Source: Blasia pusilla (taxonomy: Eukaryota). From it: a stretch of 64,000 bases of DNA. A program made the position numbers and the translations under genes. The DNA is taken from contig CM114271.1 of the NCBI GenBank assembly GCA_050084515.1, positions 9,672,001-9,736,000 of the forward strand, given 5' to 3'. Shown piece after piece: positions 37,693 to 49,722 of the stretch. Each line of letters opens with the position of its first letter. Position 1 is the first letter of the stretch. The notes beneath the pieces are model-generated. The model was not told where the DNA came from. It was given only the letters and a program-made list of their open reading frames with translations, and made no database searches.

Positions 37693-40600
37693 ATGGATAA
37701 TTATGTGAAGCTCACTTGTGGCAGTCATCTGGCGGCCCTTCCTCAATCAGAAATCATTCGACTGCAAGCTCGTGAGTCTTTCATAGCACTGGATGAAAAT
37801 TTTCTCTCTGTTCGATTTCTTCTCCAAATTGGAACCATCTTTGTATCCAAAGATATTAGGGTGGACGGTACGGAAGACATAATAGGTGAGACAGTCCAGC
37901 AAGTGACTGCAAACCATAAAGTATAGAATCTCCTACCTCTAGCAAATGGTCAATACAAAGTTTACGGCCTACCCGTGAATTTGTCTGTTTCCCAAGTAGA
38001 CGGTGGAGAATTTCCTAGTGCTCCGAGCTCTACGTGTGCAACTCCTAGCTCAGTACATCCGGCTTTGACTCCAACTTCATACGCTCGTATCAATGTAGTT
38101 CTTCCTGAAGAGATTCTGTATGTTATCAACCTCAATGGATCTGTCGAACACCAACCGGGCCCTCTATCCGCCTACTCGTTCCTCTTGCGAGTATCAAGCA
38201 ATAGTTTGCTTTCGTCTCAGGCCTTGAAAATGTTCAAACACATTCTTGTCGACAAGCTGCCCCCCACGTACGATGGTAATTGCATTTTTGAGTTGCCTCC
38301 ACTTGCTGCTCCTGCTCAAAAGAAAGATGGAGGACGCCTGAAGGGTATGGACAGAAAGTCGATTGTCATCGATGGTGCAGGCTTCAACGGACTAGTGCTT
38401 CAATTCCAGATGGTCCTTGGATTGTCTCCCGCCGCCAATGCGTGGGAGCCTTGGAGTATAGAAGTCCAGCATGCCCGTATCTAGAGTGCAACGGGCGAGT
38501 CAATACGTCGCAATTCCCCCCCAAGAATGCAAAAACTCCATACGAGGTCGGTGCCACCATACTGTCGGGAGGCCATCGATGTCCTCATTGTCACGCATTG
38601 CCCTTTTGCATTGGAGCGTGTCCTGCATACATATTTTTCATTGTCCACGACTTGGGCTCCACGTCAGAGTACACAAGGCTGGCAGTTCATGTTGGCTCCC
38701 ACAATCATCCTGTGAACGATGCAATTCAGAGACACATTAAGGAGGATGTGGCGAAGAAAGTTGCCGAGGTCTACAGAAACTCTCCGGGTTCAAAGCCCGG
38801 AGTGATCAAGCTCACAATGGCATCATAAATTTGTGAACAATTGCGTGGAATCCCTGGACAAGGCGAGATCACGGCGGCTAAGGAGAAACAACTCTGGGAA
38901 AATCTCGCATTTCTCGCTAATCCTGAATGCTTCCGGAATTTGCTGCGTCAAATACGAGTTCTGGATGGAAAGACGGCCAAAATGGATGCCATTGCCAGAA
39001 TCAAGGCCAACTACAGATTTCCATTCATTCAGAGATGGCAGTTCATGGGCCAAGGAGGCGAGGGATCCAGGGCCTATGTCTTCAAAATGTCAACCACAGT
39101 CCGTCTGAGTGGCCTCGATCTTATAGATCGAATGAGGGAAGGGAAAGATCTTTACGGCGGTGGGTAAGCTTTGATATTTGCTCTGAGTCTTTGAATGGAT
39201 GGTTGACGATGGGTGCTCACGTTTATGACCATGTGGAGAAGGGACTCAAAACTATATTTGTCTGTGAAGTAAAGGCAGAAGACGTTGGCAGTTTGAAGAT
39301 GTGCTGGTTACTCTTATTGGAGGTGGTGAAGGAAAACAAAAGGCCACCTCCGGAAATTTATGGGTTCATGGCAGATAATGCACAACCTGGGTGGATTGCT
39401 ATTTGGGAAGTGTTATGGGGTGGAGAGGTTCAACCGGAGAGGGAAAGGTCAGATGCTTTATATTGGCAACAGTCTGTGACCCGGTACACCAAATCTTGCA
39501 TCAAGGAGAATAAGAGGACAGAGCATGTCACTCTACTCCAACGCTGCAAGGACAACAAAACCTTGAAGCACGCCATGGAATACCAGGAAGAACTTCATGG
39601 GTAGTGGAGGAAGCATGCGATTGAGGGGGAGTACAAAGAGTTGTGCTCTTGGTTGAGTTGGTGGACTGTACGTATGAGACAATGGGGAAACTTCATGCGG
39701 CAGGTGAGTTCACTATTTTGTCTTGTCAAGCTCACGCTGAGAATTGTTTGTAAAGTTGCAGCTCAGGTTGAGAAGCGTGGGAACTATAGGGATTTCAAAC
39801 CAAAGAAACCAAGCAAGCTGTTGGATGCGACGGGTTTCGCGAGTGTGCAACCCGACGGAAACCGACGGGTTGCATCAAGAATTTTGGTGCAACCCAAGTG
39901 TGCAACCCGACGGAAACCGACGGGTCGTAGAGTCGTTCATGGGATGCCTCGGCCTTGCAACCCGTCTCAATCCGACAGGTTGCAATAGGTGGGTTTAGGA
40001 TTGCAACACGTCGGGACCAGACGGGTCGCAGAGTCGTTCATGGGATGCCTCGGCCTTGCAACCCGTCTGGTTCCGACGGGTTGCAGTAGGCGGGTTTAAG
40101 GTTACAACACGTTGGGACCCGACGGTCGCAGAGTCGTTCATGGGATGCCTCGGGCTTGCAACCCGTCTGGTTCTGACAGGTAGCTTATGTCTTTGATTGC
40201 TGAGTTATTTTTGTTCCCTTCTAACATTGCCGTCGTTGCAGGGATTGAACGTTCATGAAAATGCCCTCTGCCCCAACACAAGTGGAGCAGAAAGTGTTCA
40301 TTCCTCCTGGAGGTTGTCACAAGCATGCCAACAAATTTCACTTGTGGAGGCATGCCAACAAGACCAGGCAAGAGCAATGCTCTGATCTGCAAAGACATCC
40401 CATATCTTCCTCACAAAAGGCATAACAAAAGGAAGGGGGTCGTCGATCTACGAGCTCTATGTCAGGGCGGCTGTGAGATCTGGTGATGAAAAAATGTATG
40501 TGGAAGCCTTCAATCGGTGCGAAGTAGGAACTCCCCTCAAGCAAGACGTACACATTGGTGGGGATATTCGTGGGCGGGTTTCAAGACGTCCTATACAGAT

Positions 40601-41747
40601 GGTGGTAGAGCATTCCGAGCGAGACTCGTGGAGACCAGATAAGTATCTTGACTTCAGGCCGGTGAAGAGGCAGCATCGAGGAACGAATCCAGTGATTGAT
40701 TTGGATGAGGAAATTACGCCGCCCAAGTATTCGGGGACCCCGGACCGCTCCCTAATCCGTGATGGAGTTACTTCTCCAAAATCAGTGAATGTTTTATTTC
40801 AAAAGCCCTCTGTTGCTGGAAGTTCGCAACATCATATCATTGGAGTGGTTCAACAATATGGGATTCCGGTAATGGAGGTGGATTGCAACCTAAAACGGTG
40901 GCATATATCTCGGAGCAACCCAGGACGTGGACCCACCAGCAGGGTAGGATCTGATGGCATTAGGAGAGCATGCGGCACTTTCATAAATAAAAACTGTACA
41001 AGGACAGGACGACCACTGCTTGGGTTTTGGGGACTCAAAACCTTTGATCGTTTCACGAGGACTGAGGATCAATTGAAGTACTTCTTCTGCACAAATGAAT
41101 CTTGCACTTTCCAGAAGTCTTATCCGGCTGCCATTGGAGCTCCGGGCAATACCCCCACGATTTGGCCCAACGCCGTAGGTACGAACTGTACTCAAGACGA
41201 AGTGGACAATCTTACAAGTGCCGGTTTCAGACTCATAGACGGGGGAAGTTTGGATCATGTTCGCATTACATAGACCTTTGCATTTTGTATTCAACCCAAG
41301 ATTGATGTCAACATGTACCCGGAGAAGGTGGATGATCTCAATCCACTATTTCTGTTTGAGTCTAGAAATGGGGTGAAGAGAAACAAAATGTGTAGGCCAA
41401 CGGTGGAGAGAGCAAAGCGAATTGCATAAGCTCGGGAGGCAAAAATAGAGATCATCGCCACGAAAGATGTCCACAGTGGCAATGGAATAGGAAGGATGTA
41501 TTGGGTCAGGAACAACACTGTAAATTTAAGTGTCACAAGGGTGTATGTGGTGCACATCTATTGCTTTCCCATATGTTCATGTGATGACTTTGTCCAAAGA
41601 GAGACAAGTGGAAAAAAATATTTCCCTTGTAAGCACATGTACTATGTATTGCAGGTAGTTGTAAGTGAGTCGGAGGTAGGAGTAGGAATCCACCAACCAA
41701 TTCTGTCCCTCAAAGAAGTGCGAAGTATTTTAAACAAACCACTTTGA
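37693..41747 (+). pseudogene. Gene B: Mutator/MULE-like transposase (GCM-like Cys/His domain, DDE core, SWIM finger); 2 exons, intron 39704-40241
   Basis: WVSFDIC (D1), GFMADNAQPGW (D2), RSDA(F/L)(H/Y)W (C/DxxH position), PNTSGAESVHSSW (E), CSCDDF..FPCKHM (SWIM); GT..CTAAC..AG intron; several stops and frameshifts. Confidence 0.8.
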
Positions 41748-42519
41748 GGATGCAAAATGAGGTTTTAGATTGTACTTTCATTTTTCAAGAACCTTCACTT
41801 TTAGCTTGAACTCTATTCAGCCTAGGGCAAATGGTAGATTGTTTCCGGATCTTGGATGGAAAAAGTGATTGGTTCCACACTTATGATTCCACTGATTTTT
41901 CAGTTTTGTATATTTTGTGCAATTTGCAACCAGTCGGACTCAGATGGGTTGCCAAAATATGGAAGAGAAAAAAGATTTGTGGGAGTGTTTAATAACTGAA
42001 CAAAAAAGTGCAAAAAAATTCACACAAAAAGTTTCCTCTCTTCAACCCAACTGAAACTCTCTTCAAAAAAAAGTATCTATTTCGGTTGAAGGTAGTTTCC
42101 TCTCTCCTCTCTCCTTTCTTCCTTTCTTCCTCTCCTCTTACCGCACCTCCAACCCATCAGGGTTGAACTATTTGCAGGCCTTGCATACATGCAACTTGCA
42201 ACCCGTCGGAATTCGACAGGTTGCACACTCATGCAACCAGTCGGGTTCCAACGGGTTGCACAAACATTCCTCGTGCATGATGTCACGCTCCAATGGGTAA
42301 TACAAACATTCTTGATGCAACCCGTCGGTTTTCGACTGGTTGCACATTCAGGCAACCTGTCGTATCTAACGGATTGCTTGGTTTCTTCCGTTTGAAATCC
42401 CTATAGTGCCCACGCTTCTTAACTTGGGCTGTAACTTTTCAAACAATTCTCAGCATGAGCTCGATAGGACGAAATAATGAACTCACCTGCCATATGAAGT
42501 TTCCCCATTGTCTCATTTG

Positions 42520-42790
42520 TCGTGCGCATACACATCGCTACACAACAACAAAATATCCCTCGGTAGGGAACTCTGGTACCCCTGTACTGCGGACGGAGAC
42601 AATAAGTCGGGAAAACGTAGGCGTAATTGCGCCACATGTCGTAGTGAGACGCGCCTCGCAACATCATCACTCTCCACATACAAGTACTGTTGTACTCGCA
42701 CTCCTGCCTACAAAACAGCAGCTAACCCGGTGCTAATCCCTCCAAAGAGATCTAACACTCGAATACCCTCATCCGGGGTACACCACACAA
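42520..42790 (-). pseudogene. N-terminal part of a C5-cytosine DNA methyltransferase domain (DNMT3-like)
   Basis: IRVLDLFGGISTGLAAVL*AGVRVQQYLYVESDDVARRV..H..LPRDI matches motifs I-III; catalytic PC motif lost by truncation. Confidence 0.75.
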
Positions 42791-42829
42791 TGGGTGTAGT
42801 ATCCAAGGGTGTCATCGTAGCACTCCCCG

Positions 42830-45569
42830 CTACCTCGGGTTCCTCGGACTGCCACGCCTGGGTGCATACGCCCGCTCCACGCGGTGATGCACGCAAGATC
42901 GCGCTAATCGTTGAAGCTCCTCAGTCGAGCCCCACAACGGCACCTCTCCTCCACGGAATGATGCAGCTACCATAACACTCCTCTCCATAGAAATGTCAGG
43001 AACAGGAGTATCCTCTGCATGGACATGTCCCTCAATCAAATCACTAGGCCAAGTGATGGCACTGCTAAATGCTGCTAAGGTCGCCATCTCTCCTGGCCGT
43101 TGCTCGATCACTGCACTTGTGAATCGAACGGGTATTGAGCTAAGGCACCCATCACCTGACTTCCATCCTCGTCTGTAGGACGCTGACTCCTCCCAGTAAT
43201 CCAGGGAAAACCCCATCGGGTATAACACTGCTCCACCAACCAAGACGTCGTAGGACTCAGCATCAGTCACTATCGCCTTGGCGCGCACCACGGACTCATC
43301 TGTAGGATGTCCCGGGCGAATCCTCACCACGACCTCCTCTCGGGTGATATATTGTGTGGTACTTGCTCCACCCAAGGATGTCTGTATCCGAAATGGACAA
43401 CACTCCACATCGGCTCTCGTCAAGCCCAATCCTCTGAATGACGCTTTCCCCAACATCAAGGGTTGCGCTCCTGAATCCAACAAGACGCGTTGCGGACTAA
43501 AAGCTCTACCTCCAAGACTCACCAACTGGAAGACCTCTCCTTGGTTATCCAGAAACACAACACCAGGAGAAGCCATGGCACGCTCTATCGCGGGTCTAGC
43601 GGGCATCTCCGCCATCCTAGCGACATGACCATGACTGCCATGAATCGGCGTGGGCGGCCCGAGCATCCGCTCCAAGGGCAGGTCCATCACCTCCTCTACA
43701 ATCACCTCGAACGTGATGCAGAACTTCAACTCGCTCACATAGTGAAGCGGCCAAAAAAAGCCTCGGCGGGCGTACCTCCCAACGTCACAACATCGGAAGC
43801 AGAAAATAAAGGAGTGCGGTACACAATGGTGGCCGCCCCCAACAACGTGCTCGACACATGCCCCTCATGAGCATCAACAATAGGAGTCGTCGCACTTGCT
43901 TCTCCCATCGCCCTTCGTGCTTGCACACCAACAACATTACCAACTCTCCAGGAACTTTGATGAGGACCCATCGATGAGGTCCTCATCGCTTCGCACAACG
44001 TGAAAGATTGAGGAAGCCTAGTCGTCATCGGCTTCCCCCCCCGTGGATCCAACTCTACGGCGCTCCACGCGTCGTCAAGCTGGGCGGCCTCCATCTGGGC
44101 AACCCCGCACATCCATCCAGGATCCTCTAGATCTCTGGCTGCTCCATATGATGTCGATGCCACGGATCCGGCATCGGGTAACCTCAATGCCATAGCGGCA
44201 ATCTGCTCTTGTAGCTGTTGTATCGAGCGACCATCCGGCCTCACGTCCGGCATCTCCCTCGGCGCGTCTAGGTGGTGGTACTCTACCTCCTCCACAGGCA
44301 ACTCCACCACCCTGTCGGGCAACTCCAACTCCTTGTCCCCCAACGGGACCACCTGGAGCATGATCTCTGGGCCCACCCGGACTGGCTACTCGCTCTGGTG
44401 CCCTCTTTGGCCCTCGGTCCAGACGTAACTCAGGATGTAAACGAAAACACCTGGCGCGTGTATGACCATACCTCTGACAATAGTCACACTGATAACCTCC
44501 TGGTGCAGCACCATCTCCTCCTCCATGTTGAGGCACACGTCCATGACCCTGACGAGTGCAATGCAATACCGATGATGGGCTCCACCACATGACCAATAAG
44601 TAATAGTAGGCGGCTGCTGCTGAGCCGCATATGAAGGCGCAGGTCTCTGTGGCACGGCCTCTCGGTATCCTCCCTGAGCTTGTGGTGCCACAGTCGACCT
44701 ATCTCGGAGTCCACGTTGCTACATAGGTGGTGCAGACAATCGTGACTGCTCTCGCCCAGAACCCATGGTGGCCACGCTCTCCTCCGCCATGTTGCGCTCA
44801 ATGTTCTCAGCGGTCCTAAAAACATCTCTCAACGTAGGGAAGGTGTTCATAAGAAGCACCCCTCCCGCACCCGTGTCCGCAAGGTCCGGTCCAGCATCGC
44901 ATACCATGACTGGATAGCCTGAACCTCTGTCACCCCCCGAGTGGCGTTGATCAACCGGGCGCAGCGAGTGTAAGCCTCACGCAAACTCTCACCCGGCGCC
45001 TCGAAGTCGTGGATGCTCCGCAACTTCTCCGTCACGCACCCCCGATAGCTTGCCCTCAACTCAAGCAAAGAACTCAACCACGAGGGGTTGAACCGGGACG
45101 AACCCGACTAGACGATGCAATCGCTGCTCCCGTGTGAGTGACCCTCCTAAAACGTCACTAGTGGAAGAGGCGAGCCTCTCCCGACTCCTCCTCCTCATCA
45201 TCGGGAACGGCTCCGCCCATGACACATAATGTGGGTCATAGTAGAGCCTACACGCCTCGATCTCACATGCATATCTCGAGAGAACTCATGGTAATCGTCC
45301 ATGGGCGCCCCCTCTAAATCTTTGGAACATACCGTTCCATGTCAGAACGGGTTAAACTCTCTAGAGTTCCCGGCCCGCTGGGAGTCGCACCAACTCCTAA
45401 ACTCTACTATAAAATCGTGCAACTCAATCGTGCCTACTGCACCTGAAAACCTACGCGGTCCTCTACCCTGGTCGTCCATCTCGTACGCCCAACTGGTAGG
45501 ACCACTCACAATGTGTGGCGATGTGCTCACAAACTCCTCTACACCCTCCCCCTCGTCTGACGATGACAC
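42830..45569 (-). pseudogene. gag-pol: gag-protease portion of the retroelement polyprotein
   Basis: RFSG..ELHDFIVEFRSWCD; ESLREAYTRC; knuckle CDYCQRYGHTRARC; protease VLLDSGAQPLMLG and YDVLVGG. Confidence 0.8.
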
Positions 45570-46050
45570 AGAAGGAGGTCGAGGTGGTCCCTCACGTGGA
45601 GACCCTCGAAACCTCGCGCCACTCCGCGTAAAACCTCTAGAGCTACTCTCGGGTTCACCACCTCGCCTCTTAAAGTCCCGAACAGACTCCGTGATGACCC
45701 TCGTGCCCCTCTCACCCGATCACTCTGAACCTCGTGAGGAATCCCTCAATCACTCATCCCAAACATGCGGCACTCGATCTACACTCTCTCTCCCCGAGAC
45801 GTGTAACGTGCGGCAACACGCGGCGTGGTGCGGCAAATCGACCAGGCTATCATCTCATCGACAACCTACCCTCAACACCGGACATCCCACATAGGTCTAT
45901 GTCCCCTAAACCACATACATAAATGATGCTCTCAGCATCCACACACCCAATATCCCCAAATAAATCCCAGAATCCCTCACACGTGCAGGGTAAAGGACCA
46001 AAATGGGTAACCTGAACACATGTCGATGTCGCTCCTCAGCAACTGCAAAT

Positions 46051-46130
46051 CTCATAGTCGATCATATACTCAAAATCGATCATATACTCATAGTCGATCA
46101 TATACTCAAAGTCGATCATATACTCAAAAT
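46051..46130 (+). repeat. 18-bp tandem repeat x4 (a(a/t)agtcgatcatatactc)
   Basis: Read directly in the 5' region of the retroelement. Confidence 0.9.
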
Positions 46131-48439
46131 GGTACTTACCTAAAATAGTAAGTTCCTCAATATGGCTCCAAATGAGCCGAAACGAAGGGGAAACCTGCTA
46201 TCTCAGGTTTCAAAGGGCCACAGCAGGTCACCCTTGACCTACTGGGCGTGTCCTCCACTACTCATGAAGGCGCTCTATTAGATCCCACTAATCTATCCTA
46301 AAAGACGTGACACATTCGTACAGTCCACCAAATGAGCCAAGAGCACAACTCTTTGTACTTCCCCTCAATCGCATGCTTCCTCCACCACCCGTGTAGTTCT
46401 TCTTGGCACTCCATGGCCTGTTTCAAGGTTTTGCTATCCTTGGAGCGTTGGAGTAGAGTGACATGCTCTGTCCTCTTATTCTCCTTGATGCAAGATTTGG
46501 TGTACGGGGTCACAGACTGTTGCCAATGGAAAGCATTCGACCCGTCCCTCTCTGATTGAACCTCTCCATCCCAGAACACTTCCCTGATAGCAATCCACCC
46601 AGGTTGTGCATTGTCCGCCATGAATCCATAAATTTCCGGAGGTGGCCCTTTTTTTTTCCTTCACCACCTCCAATAGGAGTAACCAACACATCTTCAAAGT
46701 GCCAACATCTCCTGCTTTTACCTCACAGACAAATATAGTTTTGAGTCCCTTCTCCACATGGTCATAAACATGAGCACCCATGGTTAACCATCCATTCAAA
46801 ATTATGTAGCAAATATCAAAGCTTACCCAGCTGCCGTAAAGATCTTCCCCTTCCCTCATTCGATCTATAAGATCGAGGCCACTCGATGGGCTTGTCGTTG
46901 ATATTTTGAAGACATAAGCTCTCGATCCTTCGCCTACCAGGCCCATGAACTCCCATCTCTGAATAAATGGCAATCTAGAGCTGGCCTTGATTCTGGAAAT
47001 GGCATCCATTTCGGCCGGCTTTCCATCCAATACCCGTATTTGATGTAGCAAATTTTGGAAGCATTAAGGATCAGCGAGAAATGCGAGATTTTCCCAAAGT
47101 AGTTTCTCCTCAGCATCCGTGATCTCGCCCTCCCAAGGATTCCAAGCAATTGTTCTCAAATTTGTGATGTTGTTGTTAACTTGATCACTCGTTGCTTTGA
47201 TCCCGGAGAGTTTCTATGTACCTCGGCCACTTTCTTTGCCACATCCTCCTTGATGTGTCCCTGAATTACACCGGTAATAGGATGAATGTGGGAGCCAACA
47301 TGAACTGCCAGCCTTGTGTACTCGGACGTAGAAGTGAAGTCGTGCACAATAAAAAAAATTTATGCACGACACGCTCCAACGCAGAAAGGGGATGTTTGAC
47401 AATGAGGACATCGATGGCCTCCCGGCGGTATGGTCGCACCGACCTCATATGGAGTTTCTGCATTCTTAGGGGAAAATTGTGATGTATTGACTCGCCCATT
47501 GCGCTCTATATACGGGCATGTTGGACTTCTACACTCCACGGCTCCAACGCATTGGCTGCGAGAACAATCCAAGGACCATCTGGAATTGAAGCACTAGTCC
47601 GTTGAAACTTGCACCATCGATGACAATCACACTTTTTGTCCATACCCTTCAAGCATCCTCCATCTTTCTTTTGAGCAGGACCAACAAGTGGAGGCAACTA
47701 AAAAATGCAATTACCATCGTACGTGGGCGGCAACTCGTCTACAAGAATGTGCTTGAAAATTTTAAAGGGCAGAGATGACAGCAAACTATTTTCTCGATAC
47801 TCGCAAGAGAAACAAGTAGGTAGATAGAGGACCTGGTTGGTGTCCGACTGTTCCACTAAGGTTGACATCCGGTATGTCTTCAGGAAGTACAACATTATTA
47901 CGAACGTGTGAAGTTGGAGTCAATGCCGGATCTACTGAGCTTGGAGTGGAAAACGTAGAGCTAGGAAATTCCGGACCGTCTACTTGGGAAACATAGGAAT
48001 TCAGAGGCAAGCCATAAACTCTGTATTGACCATTTTTTAGAGTTAGGAGATTCCATACTTTATGGTCTGCTTTCACTGGTTGGACTGTCTCATCTACAAC
48101 GTCCTCCGTACCGTCCACCCTAACATCCTTGGAAAGAAAGATTGTTTCAATTTGGAGAAGAAATTGCACTGAAAGGAAATTTTCATCCACTGGTATGTAA
48201 GATTCACGAGCTTGCGGTCGAACTATTTTTCATTGAGGAAGGGCCGCTAGTTGACTGCCACAAGTGAGTTTCACATAATTATCCATTCCCAAATGATTCC
48301 ACTGCATGGAGAATGAGAATAAGAATAAGAATGAGAATGTTTAATTTATAGTGAATAGTGATCGTTATTGTCCTGACAAAATTCGACTGACAAGATGTTG
48401 TTTGGTAGGTGAGATTGTTTGACGGAATGGATTCAATCT

Positions 48440-49325
48440 TGTTGCAACCTGTTGGAGTCCGACGGGTTGCAAATTTTGGGACTCAGACACGTGGGTTGCA
48501 AAGCCACAGAGTACCATCTTCTGTATGAGTCCGAGTGCAACTTGCAACCCGTCAGAGTCCGTTGGGTTGATACCCCCTGCCTGTCTGACCTGTGTGATTG
48601 GAGTCGGGATTTGCTAACATCGAGACATGAGACGTCGCATGGATTTGCTACGGCAACCCGTTGGGGCCTACGACGGGTTCGAAAAGCACCTTACCTCGCT
48701 TTCCCTTTCAGATCTCGCATTGATTTCTCTTGTCCGATGAATTGTGCAAACCAAAAGTGCAGATTTTCCGGATGGTGGGAAGTGTCCTACCTAGGGTAGA
48801 GCTTGTAACCCGTTGGAGGGAAACCGCTTGCCTCGGGACTATGCTTTGTCACATTGTTACCCGAGGACGAGGAACGCGTGCAACGCGTCAGTCTCTGAGG
48901 GGTTGCGCGGGTACCTTGCCTTGTTACTCCAAGATGGGGGAAGTGTGCAACCCGTCGACCTCCGACAAGTTGCACGGGAACCTCACCTTGCTACCCCAAA
49001 ATGGGGGAAGCGTGCAACCCGTCGGTCTCTGACGGGTTGCACGGTACCTTGCATTGTTATCCCAAGACCGAGGAAGTGTGCAACCCGTCACTCTCCAACG
49101 GGTTGCACGGGTACCTCGCATTGTTACCCCAAGACTGGGGAAACGTGCAAGCCATTGGTCTCCGACGGGTTGCTTGGATTCCTCACCTTGTTACCCGAGG
49201 ACAAGGGATCTGTGCAACTCGTCGGTCTCTCACAGGTTGCCTCAGTAACTCGCCGTGCATCCCCAAGACAAGGGAAGCGTGCAACCCATCGGAGACCGAC
49301 GGGTTGCTTGGGTTCCCACTTGCAA
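48440..49325. repeat. Intergenic palindrome array, copy 5
   Basis: ~66-bp period with a linker family (gggtacctcgcattgttaccccaag) different from copies 1 and 4. Confidence 0.9.
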
Positions 49326-49722
49326 AGATCCATAACGGCCTACACGTCACCCTAAATACAACCCAACAATCCAATGGTCAGCTCAACGGCTCGGAAAGTA
49401 TAAAAGGCTGAGGTTTTGATCTTTTCCGTTTTTCATTTCGTGATTTCATGTGCTCTTCCTCGTAGCAGCTGACGTTACCTTTCCGCTGCCAAACTCGATT
49501 ACATCACCACTTTGCTGAAAGGTTACGACGATCCAGCAATTGACGCTTCCAGGTTTGGATTTTGGCAAGCCCATTCTCTGGAGGGTCACGACGCTTCATC
49601 ACAAAATGCTAAGAGAGTTGGGTTTGGGGTCACGGCGCTTCGTCACGAAACGCTTCGAGGGGTCTATCGTGCACACGAGCATATTAGAGAGTCGAGGAGG
49701 AAGAACTGACCCAACGTGCACC

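Larger units (their letters stand above)
31510..42150. mobile_element. Mutator-like element copy 4 (most complete): gene A on minus, gene B on plus, left terminus at ~42150
   Basis: Both genes nearly full length; palindrome clusters at 32160-32410, 34550-35150, 36720-37470 and 39820-40180. Confidence 0.85.
42518..46312 (-). mobile_element. Internally deleted Gypsy-like retroelement encoding gag, aspartic protease and a C5 DNA methyltransferase
   Basis: Termini TGTCAC...CGACA; 4-bp direct repeat CATT at 42514-42517 and 46313-46316; removing it restores gene B. Confidence 0.85.
42484..48286 (-). pseudogene. Gene B exon 1, copy 5, interrupted by the retroelement at 42518-46312
   Basis: ORFs 47786..48190, 47360..47572, 46476..47051 and 46298..46621; WWTVRM|RQWGNF resumes at 42517. 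Confidence 0.8.

Noticed and set aside
37693-41747. Intact autonomous transposase
   Set aside because: Premature stops (about 37925, 38827, 39603, 41272, 41429) and frameshifts
48730-49411. Many overlapping ORFs with ATRRxPTG, CNPSxSDGL and QPVGxRRV peptides
   Set aside because: These are translations of the palindrome in all six frames, not proteins
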